A stretch of DNA of 64,000 bases from Eledone cirrhosa. Taxonomy: Eukaryota. Positions 28,250 through 41,269 of the stretch are shown here, one piece after another. Numbering within the stretch: the first letter of the stretch is position 1; the number at the start of each line of letters is the position of its first letter. The DNA lies in contig OZ024740.1 in NCBI GenBank assembly GCA_964016885.1, forward strand, positions 188,852,001 through 188,916,000, given 5' to 3'. The notes under the pieces were generated by a model that ran no database searches, was not told the DNA's origin, and was given only the letters and a program-made list of their open reading frames with translations. Made by a program: the position numbers and the translations under genes.

Positions 28250-28610
28250 TCGTTTCTGAATTTGTTTAGCAAGATTCTTTATCTGAAATCGTGTGTTGAA
28301 ACCGATATTGTTATACTTTGGGAGGGTCATGTTGCCAATAAGAAACACGCACACAGAAACAAAATGGCGTAGGACAGAACAAAGGAGAGGCACAGAAACA
28401 AAGAAAGGAATCCCCAGTCACTGAAGAGGTCACAGAGTGTGTGACGAAAGAACTATTACAATATATAATCAACTATCTGGTTGTGGAACCAACCAACCAA
28501 CCAGAAACTTATAAATTTATTATAAATTTATTATAATAATAAATTGAAGTGAAACAACTGGTGCGTGTGTTTCTTATTGGCAACATGACCCTCCCAAAGT
28601 ATAACAATAT
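28250..28610. mobile_element. (TA)n-inserted fold-back element with an HHR-like motif
   Basis: Inverted arms 28305-28352 and 28561-28610. Internal GTCA CTGAAGA G GTCACA GAGTG TGTGAC GAAA GAAC TA TTAC at 28417-28459. Confidence 0.6.
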
Positions 28611-28898
28611 ATATATATATATTTGTATATATATATATATATATATATATCTTAGAAAGTGAGGTTTTTTTTACAAAATGAAAAATAACCGAACTGTCCT
28701 ACACGAGTGAAAGTATAAAGAAAAAAAGATGAAATCGAAAATGCAACTGGAGTCTTATAAAAAATATATATATATATTTATTTGGTTCCTTTACCGATTT
28801 CGCAGTTCTTCTGCTTTTCAAAAGTAGAGTTGAGATGGAGGGTCTGTGGTTTTTCTCACATATATATATATATATTTGTATATATATATATATATATT

Positions 28899-28937
<39 letters not shown>

Positions 28938-29098
28938 GAAAGGTATAGAAATTGTTTTAGCGAGAAGCTAACAGTATTCCATAACATATATATATATTTG
29001 TATATATATATATATATTTGTATATATATATATTTGTATATATACGTATATATATTTGTATATATATATATATTTGTATATATATATATATATATTTG

Positions 29099-29201
<103 letters not shown>

Positions 29202-29224
29202 ATATTTGTATATATATACATTTG

Positions 29225-29255
<31 letters not shown>

Positions 29256-29573
29256 ATATATATATATTTGTATATATATATATATATATATATACATTTA
29301 TATATATATATATATACATTATACCTAATTGTGTATGGTTGACCGTATATTTAATTAATTTCCACGTGCTGTTGAAATGTTGGGTAAATAATCTATAGCG
29401 GCTTTCCGCGAAGACGCTGCTATCGTTTATTTATTTACTGTTTCTTCATAGGAGCCGTTTAATCTTATAGCCTGTCTAATTGATTTTTTGTGTGGTTAAT
29501 TATGCTAATTGGGAGAAGAAATTATGTATATATATTATAAATGATTCTATGGAATGCTTTACTTTATAGTATA

Positions 29574-29857
29574 CTAGCAGTAAAGCCCGGCGTTGCTCGG
29601 GGTCGCTCAGTAGCTGTGTTAAAGTTACAATGTTAAGTTTCTTTTTTGGCTTAAAGTCTGTCAGCACGCCTAACGAAATTTACAGATACATATATTTTAA
29701 ATAAACTTATATAATTTTTGCTTTTTTTTCCGATGTCTTCGCTAGGGCTCAATGTACAAGTATAGCAATTTCGGTGCAATTCCGTCAGAGATTCTAAGAG
29801 GAGATGTGTGCCAAAAATCGATAGACAGACAGACAACCACAGCTTTATATATATAGA
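29574..29857 (-). mobile_element. Non-autonomous Helitron (284 bp)
   Basis: Minus strand starts A|TCTATATATATAAAG..(GTCT)n and ends with hairpin CCCGAGCAACGCCGGG..CTAG|T. Inserted between A and T with no target duplication. Confidence 0.8.
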
Positions 29858-30013
29858 TATATATATATATTTATATAAATATATATATTTGTATATATAT
29901 ATATATATATATGTGTGTAAATGAAGTAATTCCGTCCGAAAAGTCGTCCAGGAAAAAAGAGTGCTCTATGTAGGTAACAGAGCTTAATAGTTATGTAATA
30001 AACAACATAAGGC

Positions 30014-30083
30014 GATTATTTCATTTACCAGTGGTTTCTTAAAAGCCTAAAATGTTGCTTTCAATCATCAGAATTAAATAATC
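30014..30083 (-). ncRNA. Type I hammerhead ribozyme motif
   Basis: GATTATTTAATT CTGATGA TTGAAAGC..GCTTTTAA GAAAC C ACT G GTA AATGAAATAATC. Confidence 0.8.
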
Positions 30084-30171
30084 CTGGTGTATTTATTGGC
30101 GTTGGATTTAAAAAAAACACACACACACACAAATATATATACATACACATACATACAAATACACAAACGTG

Positions 30172-30209
<38 letters not shown>

Positions 30210-30283
30210 TGCATATATATATATATATATATACATAAACATATATATACATACATACACACACATACATATATATACACACG

Positions 30284-30320
<37 letters not shown>

Positions 30321-30916
30321 ACACATACATATACATACATATATACATACACATGCATACATACATACACACAATCATACGTATATACACGCGTACATAC
30401 ATACACACATATATACACGTATACATACGCATGCACAAATATAGAAATATATACACACACCTACATACTCACACACAAATAAATATAAGAAATAATACAT
30501 AATATATATTAGGGGCACAAAGAATTGTTCTTTGTGTACCACAGAAAAATATAGGATGTTGCTAATCTTGAAAGCCACTTCTGCTTTCCGACCGAGATCT
30601 TTAGATGTTGTCCTCATCTGAAATCACATCTGATCTGTAACTGGATTGACATTCCTATGATAACTCAACCACCTTGAACTCCTCTCCTGCTCTTTACTTC
30701 CACTACGGTTTTTTTTACCTGCTGAATCCACGTTCTGTACTCTCGTATTCTCTTTCTCCCTTATCTCCCCTTATATTTAAACCTTTTCCTATGTCATTTA
30801 TTTCCCCCCTCTCCCCCCTACTTTTTTTTGCCTTACACTTCACATACCAACATTTTTTTTATTTTTAGATATAAATTTTTTTTTATGTGTTGCGTATATG
30901 TATATATATGTGTATG

Positions 30917-30973
<57 letters not shown>

Positions 30974-31218
30974 GTATATATATGTGTGTATGTATAAGTG
31001 TGTGTATATGTATATGCGTGTGTATATGTATATGTATATAAGTGTGTGTATGTATGTTTATATCTATCTATCTGTATGTATATGTATATATAATCGTATA
31101 TTATATATTTCTGTTGTATTTGTGCGTGTGTGTGTGTATATATGTATATGTTTGTGTATATATATATAATAGCCTCAGAAACGGCTTGAGCTCTGCCGTG
31201 GGGTCAGACTTTTTCCTA

Positions 31219-31268
<50 letters not shown>

Positions 31269-31834
31269 TAATTGTATGTGTGTGTATTTCTGTGGTTGTG
31301 TTTTTGTGTGTGTGTGTGTATGTATATATATGTGTATATATATATATGTGTATATATATATATACACATATATGTACATACACACACACATATATATATA
31401 TATAGGTGTATGTATATGCATAATTACATAGTAATTTAATGGTCATTTTCATTGATCTTTTGCTCCAGGAACTTGTTGAGTGCTCTAATTCTGCTATAAC
31501 CATTTATACCCTTTTCTAAATATATATTTTTTAATTTATTATTTGTCGTATTCCCAACTTTTTATTTTCATTTTTATTTTTATATATACAATATATTTTT
31601 ATATATATACAATATTTAGGTTTTTATATATATATATATATAGTATTTTATATATATATATATATAATATTTTTTATATATATAATATTTATGTTCTTTC
31701 TCATATATATATATATACATATAGTTATGTGTGTGTGTGTGTGTATGTATGTATGCATACGTATGTGTATGTATATGTGTGTGTAGGTATATATGTGTAT
31801 GTGTGTATGTATGTATGTGTTTATATGTGTATGC

Positions 31835-31884
<50 letters not shown>

Positions 31885-32016
31885 GAGTTAATCAAGGTTC
31901 ATATGAATTATCTAAGAATGAGTTTTACAAACACATATATATGTGTGTGTTTGTATTTGTACGTATGTGTTTGTGATACGTATGTATATGTATGTGTATA
32001 TGTGTATATATGTGTA

Positions 32017-32091
<75 letters not shown>

Positions 32092-32916
32092 ATATACGTA
32101 TGTGTGTGTGTATATATATGTGTATGCGTATGTATGTGTTTAACTATTTGTATATGTATATTTATGTATGAGAGTATGTGTATGTATTTATTTTTACGTA
32201 TGTATGTGTACGTGCATGTGTGTGTATTGCTTACCACGTGTGTTTGTTCATTTATTTGTTGCCTGTATCGCTGTCAACACTATAATATTCTTTATATTCA
32301 TTTTTATTTTTTAATATTATATATTTTTTGTTATACTTATTTGTGTGTGTCAGTATGTAGGTGTGTGTATATATTTCTATATTCGTGCATGCGTATGTAT
32401 ACGTGTATATATGTGTGTATGTATGTACGTGAGTATATACGTATGATTGTGTGTATTTATGTATGCATGTGTGTGTATATATGTATGTATATGTACGTGT
32501 ATGTATATATATATGTGCGTGTGTATATATATGTATGTGTGTGTATGTATATATATATATATGTTTATGTATATATATATATATATATATATGCATGTAT
32601 ATGTGTGTGTGAGTGTGTGTGTGTGTGTATGCACGTTTGTGTATTTGTATGTATGTGTATGTATGGATATGTTGATGTTTATGTGTCTATGTATGTATGT
32701 GTATGGATATATATACACATATATATATGTGTGTGTGTCTGTATATGTGTGTGTGTGTGTATGTGTATGTATATATATATATATATGTGTATGTATATAT
32801 TTGTGTGTGTGTTTGCATGTGTGTTTTTATTTTTCCTTTCCTTCTTCCTTTTCCAGCCTCACTTTCATATAGATTATATTTTTGTTTTTAAAATCAAACG
32901 CCAATAAATACACCAG

Positions 32917-32987
32917 GATTTTTTCATTATGATGATTGAAATCAAATTTTTTTTGCTTTTAAGAAACCACTTGTAAATGAAATAATC
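32917..32987 (+). ncRNA. Mutated inverted copy of the 30014-30083 HHR (core ATGATGA)
   Basis: GATTTTTTCATT ATGATGA TTGAAATC..GCTTTTAA GAAAC CACTT GTA AATGAAATAATC. Confidence 0.65.
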
Positions 32988-33009
32988 GCCTTATATTGTT
33001 TATTACATA

Positions 33010-33076
<67 letters not shown>

Positions 33077-33225
33077 GTATATATATATATATATATATAA
33101 TTGTATATATATATATATGTATATATTTGTATATATGTATATATTTGTATATATATATATATTTGTATATATATATATATTTGTATATTTATATATATAT
33201 ATTTGTATATTTATATATACATATT

Positions 33226-33260
<35 letters not shown>

Positions 33261-33315
33261 ACATATATATATATATATATTTGTATATATATATATATAT
33301 ATACAAATATATATG

Positions 33316-33371
<56 letters not shown>

Positions 33372-33577
33372 GTATTAAGGATACTATTTATGGTTATGTA
33401 TGTAATAAAACCTTTAATGGTAATATATTATTTATACAAACCTTAAATATTGAAAGATAGTCATTAATTACTATCCTATTACCAGTAAGATAAATAGCTC
33501 AATGTAATAACATCAGTTGTTTTACAGAGCAGTTATATAGAGATTACAGTAATCAAAGTTCAGTTTAAGTCATTTAT

Positions 33578-33626
33578 TTGCTTACAATTGTTTCCTCCAA
33601 ACCGAGGTTTGGTTTCTTCGGAGCAA
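33578..33626 (-). ncRNA. Minimal type I hammerhead ribozyme motif, CCGAAGA variant
   Basis: TTGCT CCGAAGA AACCAAAC CTCG GTTTGGAG GAAAC AATT GTA AGCAA. Confidence 0.7.
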
Positions 33627-34841
33627 CTATTTACTGATCTATAACATACTTGACCTCCTTTTCAACCCAAGAGACATATAAGATATATGCGCATATTGAT
33701 CAACAGTGGGGTGACATTCATCGAATGATATAGCATGGCAATTTACATATAAAGGTTACAGGATAAAAATAAAAATAAAAATAAAAATAAAAATAAAAAT
33801 AAAAATAAAAATAAAAACAAAAATGAAAATAAAGATAAACATGAAGCGTTGGCAGTCTATGAAGATAAAGCAAGAGGAAAGTTTAGAGTAGTCAGTGTAT
33901 GAAACAATCTCACGTGTAGCATGCACGCGTGTCTTATTTATACATGATTAGAGTGCGTCAGAATGATATTTGCAGGGTCAGGCAGTTGAAGCAGGCAATC
34001 GATCTTATTATGTGGGCTGAATTATTAAGTCATTTATTCGCATACATCTGTATGATATACAGTCCCGGATGCAGGGAAACACCAAAATATCAGAAACTTT
34101 CAACATACTATAAACCTTATTGTATCGTAGGCAAGGCCGTACCACTGTCTTCGCTCACCACTCACATAATCCATGAGATACAATATATAGAACACGTGTC
34201 TATCGTATAATTCACGATGGTTCGGCATATAATCAAGTTATATACCGTATCCAGTCGGTTCTTAATTAATAGATCATGCTGTTTAGATTCCGGAAGACAC
34301 GTGTTCTATATATTGTGTCTCATGGATTATGTGAGTGGTTAGCGAAGACAGTGGTACGGCCTTGCCTACGATACAATAAGGTTTATAGTATGTTGAAAGT
34401 TTCTGATATTTTGGTGTTTCCCTGCATCCGGGACTGTATATCATACAGATGTATGCGAATAAATGACTTAATAATTCAGCCCACATAATAAGATCGATTG
34501 CCTGCTTCAACTGCCTGACCCTACAAATATCATTCTGACGCACTCTAATCATGTATAAATAAGACACGCGTGCATGCTACACGTGAGATTGTTTCATGCA
34601 CTGGCTACTCTAAGCTTTCCTCTTGCTTTATCTTCATAGACTGCCAACGCTTCATGTTTATCTTTATTTTCATTTTTGTTTTTATTTTTATATTTTTATT
34701 TTTATCCTGTAACCTTTATATGTAAATTGCCATGCTATATCATTCGATGAATGTCACCCCACTGTTGATCAATATGCGCATATGTCTTATATGTCTCTTG
34801 GGTTGAAAAGGAGGTCAAGTATGTTATAGATCAGTAAATAG

Positions 34842-34890
34842 TTGCTCCGAAGAAACCAAACCTCGGTTTGGAGGAAACAATTGTAAGCAA
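34842..34890 (+). ncRNA. Minimal type I hammerhead ribozyme motif, CCGAAGA variant (inverted copy)
   Basis: Identical inverted copy of 33578-33626. Confidence 0.7.
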
Positions 34891-34924
34891 ATAAATGACT
34901 TAAACTGAACTTTGATTACTGTAA

Positions 34925-34958
<34 letters not shown>

Positions 34959-34981
34959 CAAATATATATATATATATATAT

Positions 34982-35052
<71 letters not shown>

Positions 35053-35075
35053 AATATATATATATATATATATAT

Positions 35076-35110
<35 letters not shown>

Positions 35111-35136
35111 CAAATATATATCTATATAAATCTCTC

Positions 35137-35168
<32 letters not shown>

Positions 35169-35255
35169 CAAATATATATATATATAAATCTCTCTATATA
35201 TATATACAAATATATAAATATATATATCTACAAATATATATATATATAAATATAT

Positions 35256-35293
<38 letters not shown>

Positions 35294-35459
35294 GTATATA
35301 TATATATATCTACAAATATATATATATATAAATATATACAAATATATATATATATATATATATATAATTATATATATATATATATATATATACAAATATA
35401 TATCTATACAAATCTCTCTATATATATATATACAAATATATATATATAAGTATGTATAA

Positions 35460-36270
35460 GTCTGTGGCTGGAGCAGACCTATAGGCAGGAGGAGAGTAAC
35501 GTGGTGGTGGAACAGTAAGGTGGAGGCGTCAATTAAGGCCAAAAAGCAGGCTTGGAAAGTATGGCGGGATGGGGGAAGTAGAGAAGACTATCAAGTGGCC
35601 AGGAGGGAAGCTAGGAGACAAGTGTACTTCGCAAGAAGGGAAGCAGAGGAAAAAAAGTTCAAGCATGTTCTACAACGCGAGGACCAAAAACGTGAGGTGT
35701 TCAGGATTGCTAGGCAATGTGTCAAGGAAATCTGTGATATTGTCGTGGAGAAGTGTGTCCTTAAAGATGATGGTGTACTTGCCATCACTGACGCTGATAA
35801 GAAGGTAGCTTGGAAGTGTCACTACGAAAGGCTACTAAATGAGGAGAATAAATGGGAGAAAGACAGTCTCCCCCACATCGATCCAATAGAGGGACCAGCA
35901 GTGCATGTTGAAGGTAGTATAATAAGTAAGGCAATCAGAGATATGAAGATGGGTAAGGTGGCTGGGCCTTCATAAATAGTTGCTGAAATGCTGAAAGCAT
36001 CTGGAACGGTCGGACATACTATGGTCACCTGGATAGTAAACCAAGTCATACAGAATGGGGTCGTTCCGAAGGACTGGCATAGCAGCAGCATCATTAACAA
36101 CTACAAGGGTAAAGGAGATGCCCTAGTTAGGGGTAACTATAGAGGCATTAAATTAATCGACCAGGTCATGAAGGTCAACGAATCAGAGAGCGAATTGATC
36201 TAGATGAAATGCAGTTCGGGTTTGTGTCAGGTAAAAGTACCACAGACGCTCTTTTTATTGTACGACAACT
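35460..36270 (+). pseudogene. RTE LINE ORF fragment (linker and RT N-terminus)
   Basis: [62 protein letters not shown]. Contains a stop and a frameshift. Confidence 0.9.
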
Positions 36271-38335
36271 CAGATCCCACGGCAGCTTGTTGAAGAGTTG
36301 AGGGCCCTTGAATCCCAGGCTATTGCAATACCTGCTCCTTATACTAGATGTGGAAGACGGGACCTTTGGCACCACACAGTGACGTCCTGTTCGACCGTTG
36401 GTCCAGCTCCCAATGCCAAAGTTTGGTGCTAGTCCCTCCAGGATTTTCCACATGTAGATCACTGCGTATCTCTCCCGTCTTCGTTCCAAGGAGTAGAGGT
36501 TCAGTTCCTTTAGCCTCTCCCAGTAGCTTGTCTCCTTCATCATGGCAATCCTCTTGGTGTAGCTTCGCTGGATTGCCTCAAGCTCCGTAGTTAGTTTGAC
36601 ACTATGGGGTGACCACAACTGGGAGCTGTAGTCCAGGCGGCTTAGGAAAAATGTCCTCCATAGTGTCAACATGGTGTCTCGGTCTCTTGTCCGGAAAGAC
36701 CTCAAGATCCAACCAGCGAGTCGTCTGCACATTGTCGCCACTTTCATGATATGTGAGGAAAAAGATGCATCATCGCTCATGTCTATGCCCAGGTCTCGTA
36801 TCGATTTTGACACGGGGATATCGGTCCCTCCTGGTCCTGTGTAGTTGTGTTGTACTATATTTGTGTTTGCAGGTTTGTTTGGAGGTTTGTATTGTAGGGC
36901 TTGGAATTTGCCAGCATTAAACTGCATGTTGTTTTCTTCCGCCCATTTGTATATGGCATCCAGATCTTGTTGTAAAAGGGCAGCGTCAGCCGGGTTTTTG
37001 ATTGCCTGTGCTACCTTAGTGTCATCAGCATAGCTAGTGAGGGATGTTGTTGTATGTACTACAGAGGGCATGTCTAAGAGCCACTAAAAACAGTAGTGGT
37101 CCCAGGACTGTCCCGTGGGGCACCCCACTTGTTATTGGCGTTTCCTTTGAGAGGGCCCCATTTGCTTCTGTCCTTTAGGAAGTCATGCAGCCACTCACCT
37201 ACTTTTCCAGTTATGCTGAGTTCATGTAGTTTGTGACATATTATTCCGTGGTTGACCTTGTCAAAGTCCTTCGCAAAGTCAAGATATATCACGTCCACAT
37301 GTGAGCTGTCTAGTAGTTGTTTCAGTACCCAGTCGTAGTCATGTAGCAGCTGTGTAAGGCAGCTTCTTCCTGGGCGGAAGCCATATTGCATGCTAGTCAG
37401 GTGGTCATTTTCCTCGAGGAAAGTGATCAGTTTCTTTCTGACGACTCGCTCCATGATCTTACTGACATGCGACGTCAAGGAGACTGGCCTATAGTTTTTG
37501 GCTTCCGCTTTGTTACTTCCTTTATGGATAGGGCATATTGTGCCTTTTTTCAGCTCCCTGGGTAGTACACCGCTAGCCAAGGAGTTTCTGAAGAGCATCT
37601 TCAGTGGAGTTGGTAAGTCCCGCTTACATATTTTTAAGGGAACTGCTGGGAATTCATCAGATCCAGCAGCCGAGTCTGTTCTAATTTCATCAATGGCATA
37701 CACCACATCCTCCTCCATTATGTCTATGTGGTTCATGGTCGCCATTTCTTCATGTAGTGTTGTGACATGAAAGAACTCCACTGGCTTCATTATTCGCATG
37801 TGCCTCAGTGGACATGTGAACACACTTTTGTACTGTTGGTTCAGTATTTCACATATCTCTTGGGGGTTTTTGGTTAATGAACCGTGCGTATGGAAGAGTG
37901 GCCCAATCTTGCAGTATACCGAGGCAGTTTCTTTTGCAAATTTAAAGAAGGCCTTAGGGTTTGTTTTAATGTTTTCTATGGCCCTGTTCTCTTTCTTTGC
38001 CCTCTCATTCTCATGGGAAAGCTTGAGTGCAATCTCGGTGCCAAGTAGTGCACATTTCAAATAGGATTCCTTCTTGTTTTTGTTTTGTTGACTATTCAAC
38101 TGGTTTGAGAGCTTGGTTCTACGTCTCATAAGGATTTTCCTATCTCTGGGAATAAGATTTTTGTGTCTGTTTGCCTTTTTCTCCGGGACAAATTTGTTGC
38201 ATATAGTGTGTATCATTGTCATGAAGTGTTGAAATTGTGTGTTAGTGTCTTGTGTGGCGGTGTTTTCACTCCATATTTTCCTCCGGATTCCTCTAACTTT
38301 TCTATTGATCAATTCAAATCCTGTTCCCAAACAGA
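36271..38335 (-). pseudogene. CR1-group (CR1/L2/Daphne-like) LINE ORF2 fragment, reverse transcriptase
   Basis: NYRPVSLTS, QYGFRPGRSC, YLDFAKDFDKV, YADDTK, RDLGI, LYSLERRRERY. Frameshifted near 37080-37160. Confidence 0.9.
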
Positions 38336-38371
38336 ATTTTTGTATTAATACTTTCTTTCAATAAACATACT

Positions 38372-38514
38372 TCATCATTTCTGAAGATGGCATATATAAG
38401 CGAAGGTATGTATATGTCCTCTGATAGTGTGTAATATTTTTTTACATAGATCTTTAATATGATATACATACCAACATACACATATATATCCCAGAAACGA
38501 TCGTAAAATGATGA
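38372..38514 (+). ncRNA. Type I hammerhead ribozyme motif with stem II of about 105 nt
   Basis: TCATCATTT CTGAAGA TGG...CCA GAAAC GATC GTA AAATGATGA. Perfect 9-bp stem I and palindromic loop 3. Confidence 0.85.
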
Positions 38515-38705
38515 TTTTTTAAAATATAAGGAACATGTTCTTTGTTTTTATTTCATTGTTTTTATTAATTTATCTTGACTCTGTTCTCCTGTGATTTTTA
38601 TCGTTAAATTTTGAATGCATTTTCTCTTTTCATATCTTCTATATTTGGATTATATTGAGTTCTTCATATGGATTGGACACTACCGTTTATTTTGGTAGAT
38701 TTATC

Positions 38706-38743
<38 letters not shown>

Positions 38744-39814
38744 CACACACATGTGTAATGGTGATTGTTGACACCATTAACAAAACTATTCCATCCATCA
38801 TTTTTAGGTTGCCGAGTCGAATTTATGAAAAGTATGCCTTTCTTTAGTAGACTCTTTCTCCAATATATAGATACTTCTTTAGTTAATAAGTTACTATTTT
38901 TCAGAAAGTTAAAGATGACAATAATAGAGGTTATCTGGTGAGTTAGTGACATTTGGTAGGAGAAAAAAAGAGAGGGAGAGAAAGAGAGTGAGATAGAGAG
39001 AGGGGAGGGGAATGAGAAGTGTGAAAGTAGAGGAAGTAGAAGAAAAAAAAATAATGTTAATAATAATAATAATGGTAATAATAATAATGATGATAATACA
39101 GAAGGAAAGCTTGAACTTTTCTTTACTTTTGGGAAAATGTCCAATAATTGCTACTTGGAGACTACTTATTTCAAGACTAAAATTTCATTGGGGACACCAT
39201 TGTCTGAGCTGAAGGCATTCAAATTTCTATTTATTGGTCCTTTAAAATTGTATAGCTACGCTAATGATCATTTCCCGTCAAAACTTTACCAATTATATTA
39301 CACTATTTTTTTTCATTTGCCAGTCTCTGTATTTTATACACTGTAGAGTTAGTGTTGTTTACATTTTAATATTAGGCACTTTAGCAACATTTACAATAAG
39401 TAAATGACTGAGGTGGGCTTTTTGTTAAAAGAAACAGTAAAATCTAGATTAAGAAAATATCAGTCATCAATTTAAACTAGCCAATACTTGTATACATAAT
39501 GCAAACATACAAACATACATACAAATATACATACATACATACGTACTGAATTCATTATTTACATATGGCTATGATATCTGAAACCTTCAAAATTTGTAAA
39601 ACATTCTTATTGTTCAAAGGATGAATGCTTACGCATGAGATAATGAAAATTTATTTTCTTTACAACCTTGTCACCAGGCAGGTGGCCAGTCAAAGATAAA
39701 TTCAAAATTAAAAGAATGAGGGACCTTCATTACCTGGTCAATCAAATTGATGCCTCTATAGATTTCTCCATCTAGAGCATCTTATTTGCCCTTGTAGCAG
39801 TTCATGATAATTGT

Positions 39815-39990
39815 TACTACTTTTGGCACAAGGCCAGCAAATACCCAGTATGTTACTGGTACTTTATTTTATCGACCCCTTAAGGATGAAAAGCAAAGTT
39901 AACCTTGACAGGATTTGAACTCAGCTGTTATGGGACGTAACTATGCTAGAAAGCATGGTGCCCAACCCTCTGCCGGTACTGCACTTGCAG
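39815..39990 (+). mobile_element. Short interspersed repeat fragment (related pieces at 44715-44895, 10560-10700, 17350-17520, 62460-62670)
   Basis: Shared TTTGGCACAAGGCCAGCA..TACTTTATTTTATCGACCCC..AGGATGAAAG..GGATTTGAACTCAG. GAGTTCAAATCC B-box on the opposite strand. Confidence 0.65.
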
Positions 39991-40314
39991 TTGATGATAA
40001 TGCTGCTACGCCAGTCATTAGGTATGATACCATTTTGTATTAATTGGTTTACAATATGGGTGGTTAAATTGTGACTCACCATTCTAGATTCTTTCAGCAT
40101 CTCAGCAACTATCCCAGAGAGTCAAGCTGTTTTACCTGTCTTCATATCCTTGATTGCCCTACTTACTACATTTGTGTAGACATGTACCATTGGTCCCTCT
40201 ATTGGGTTTACTTGGGGAAAAATATCTTCTTCCTATTTCTTATTTTCTGCTTCCCTTCTTGCAAATTATACCAATTGCCTAGCTTCTCTCCTAGCATCCT
40301 GATATATATATATA

Positions 40315-40600
40315 TTATCATCTTCATCACCGTTTTACATCCATTCTTCCACGCTAGCATGGATTAGACGGGTTGTCCTGTTGTGGGTGACGTTAGGTTG
40401 GGTGACATTGTCTTGCTCATATGGGAACTGATATTGGCTTGATTTCTAAAGCTGGATGCACTTCCTAACACCAATCTCATGTGAGTGCCAGGTGCTTTTT
40501 TTTTTGGCGCCTACACAACCACTTTACAGTGTGGGCTGGGTGCTTTTTGTCATGACAACTCCACGACCACTTTGCAGTGGGAGGGGATGGGAGCATATTG
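40315..40600 (-). mobile_element. RTE 3' UTR fragment
   Basis: Colinear with 47418-47715. Confidence 0.85.
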
Positions 40601-40839
40601 TCTCTCTCTTTCTCTCTCTATATATACATACTTACAGAAAAACCACCATACGTGTGGTTTTCTGCTAGCATGTGTAGTGTGTATATTGATATTATACACA
40701 AATATATATGCATGTAAATATGATACATCAAATAAAATCATAATTGACAATATACACAGAAATTGAACAAAGCCTATGTTACACTGTCTTCTGTAATCAG
40801 TAACCCATGATATATTTTAAAAAAAGACAACATTATATA

Positions 40840-41123
40840 TAAACTGCATTAGGAGAAAATTAGCGACGGAAATATATGCGATTATAAGTGTTATAAGTGT
40901 TATAATATAACGGCTGCTAACCGGAAGTGTTGACATTTGATAATTTTAAAGAATGGAATTTTAAAGATCTTTAAATAAGCTATAAAATATATTTAATCAA
41001 CAGCCACGAAATTTAGCACATAAATTATGTAATATTCATTAATTATTTATTCAAAGTAATCCAACTTATTTTACAAACGGGGTAAAAAAATATATTCTGG
41101 GCGCAATCCTGCAGACCTTCCTT
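40840..41123. mobile_element. Possible non-autonomous DNA transposon end (Kolobok-like)
   Basis: CpG-richer segment ending GCGCAATCCTGCAGACCTTCCTTTA. No partner terminal repeat was found. Confidence 0.25.
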
Positions 41124-41136
41124 TATTATAGTTAAG

Positions 41137-41250
41137 ATAGTCTATCAACGTTTTTTTATCACACACCTGTGAAATCATCAGTGGTACTATTATGTTTCCT
41201 CCCATTGTATTGTACAATACAATGGGAGGAAAGAACTTTGATAGACTATA
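41137..41250. mobile_element. Fold-back remnant of the GAAAGAAC HHR family
   Basis: Minus strand: ATAGTACCA CTGATGA T TTCACA GGTG TGTGAT AAAAAAAC GT TGATAGACTA. Plus strand ends GAAAGAACTTTGATAGACTA(TA)n. Central palindrome at about 41196-41231. Confidence 0.6.
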
Positions 41251-41269
41251 TATATATATATTTATATCT

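Larger units (their letters stand above)
29915..33008. mobile_element. About 3.1-kb microsatellite-rich fold-back element with terminal HHRs
   Basis: About 29992-30500 is a diverged reverse complement of about 32325-33008, including the cryptic CA/TA sequence. Confidence 0.7.
33371..34929. mobile_element. Large fold-back element, CCGAAGA-HHR family
   Basis: Arms 33539-34201 and 34295-34929 are nearly identical, with a 93-nt spacer. An extra tail of about 170 nt is on the left only. TA arrays on both sides. Confidence 0.85.

Noticed and set aside
30565-30625. HHR-like CAGATGA GGAC..GTCG GAAA on the minus strand
   Set aside because: Altered core and no stem I.
33929-34567. Duplicated 93/94-aa ORFs
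   Set aside because: A consequence of the inverted repeat; non-ATG start and no recognisable motif.
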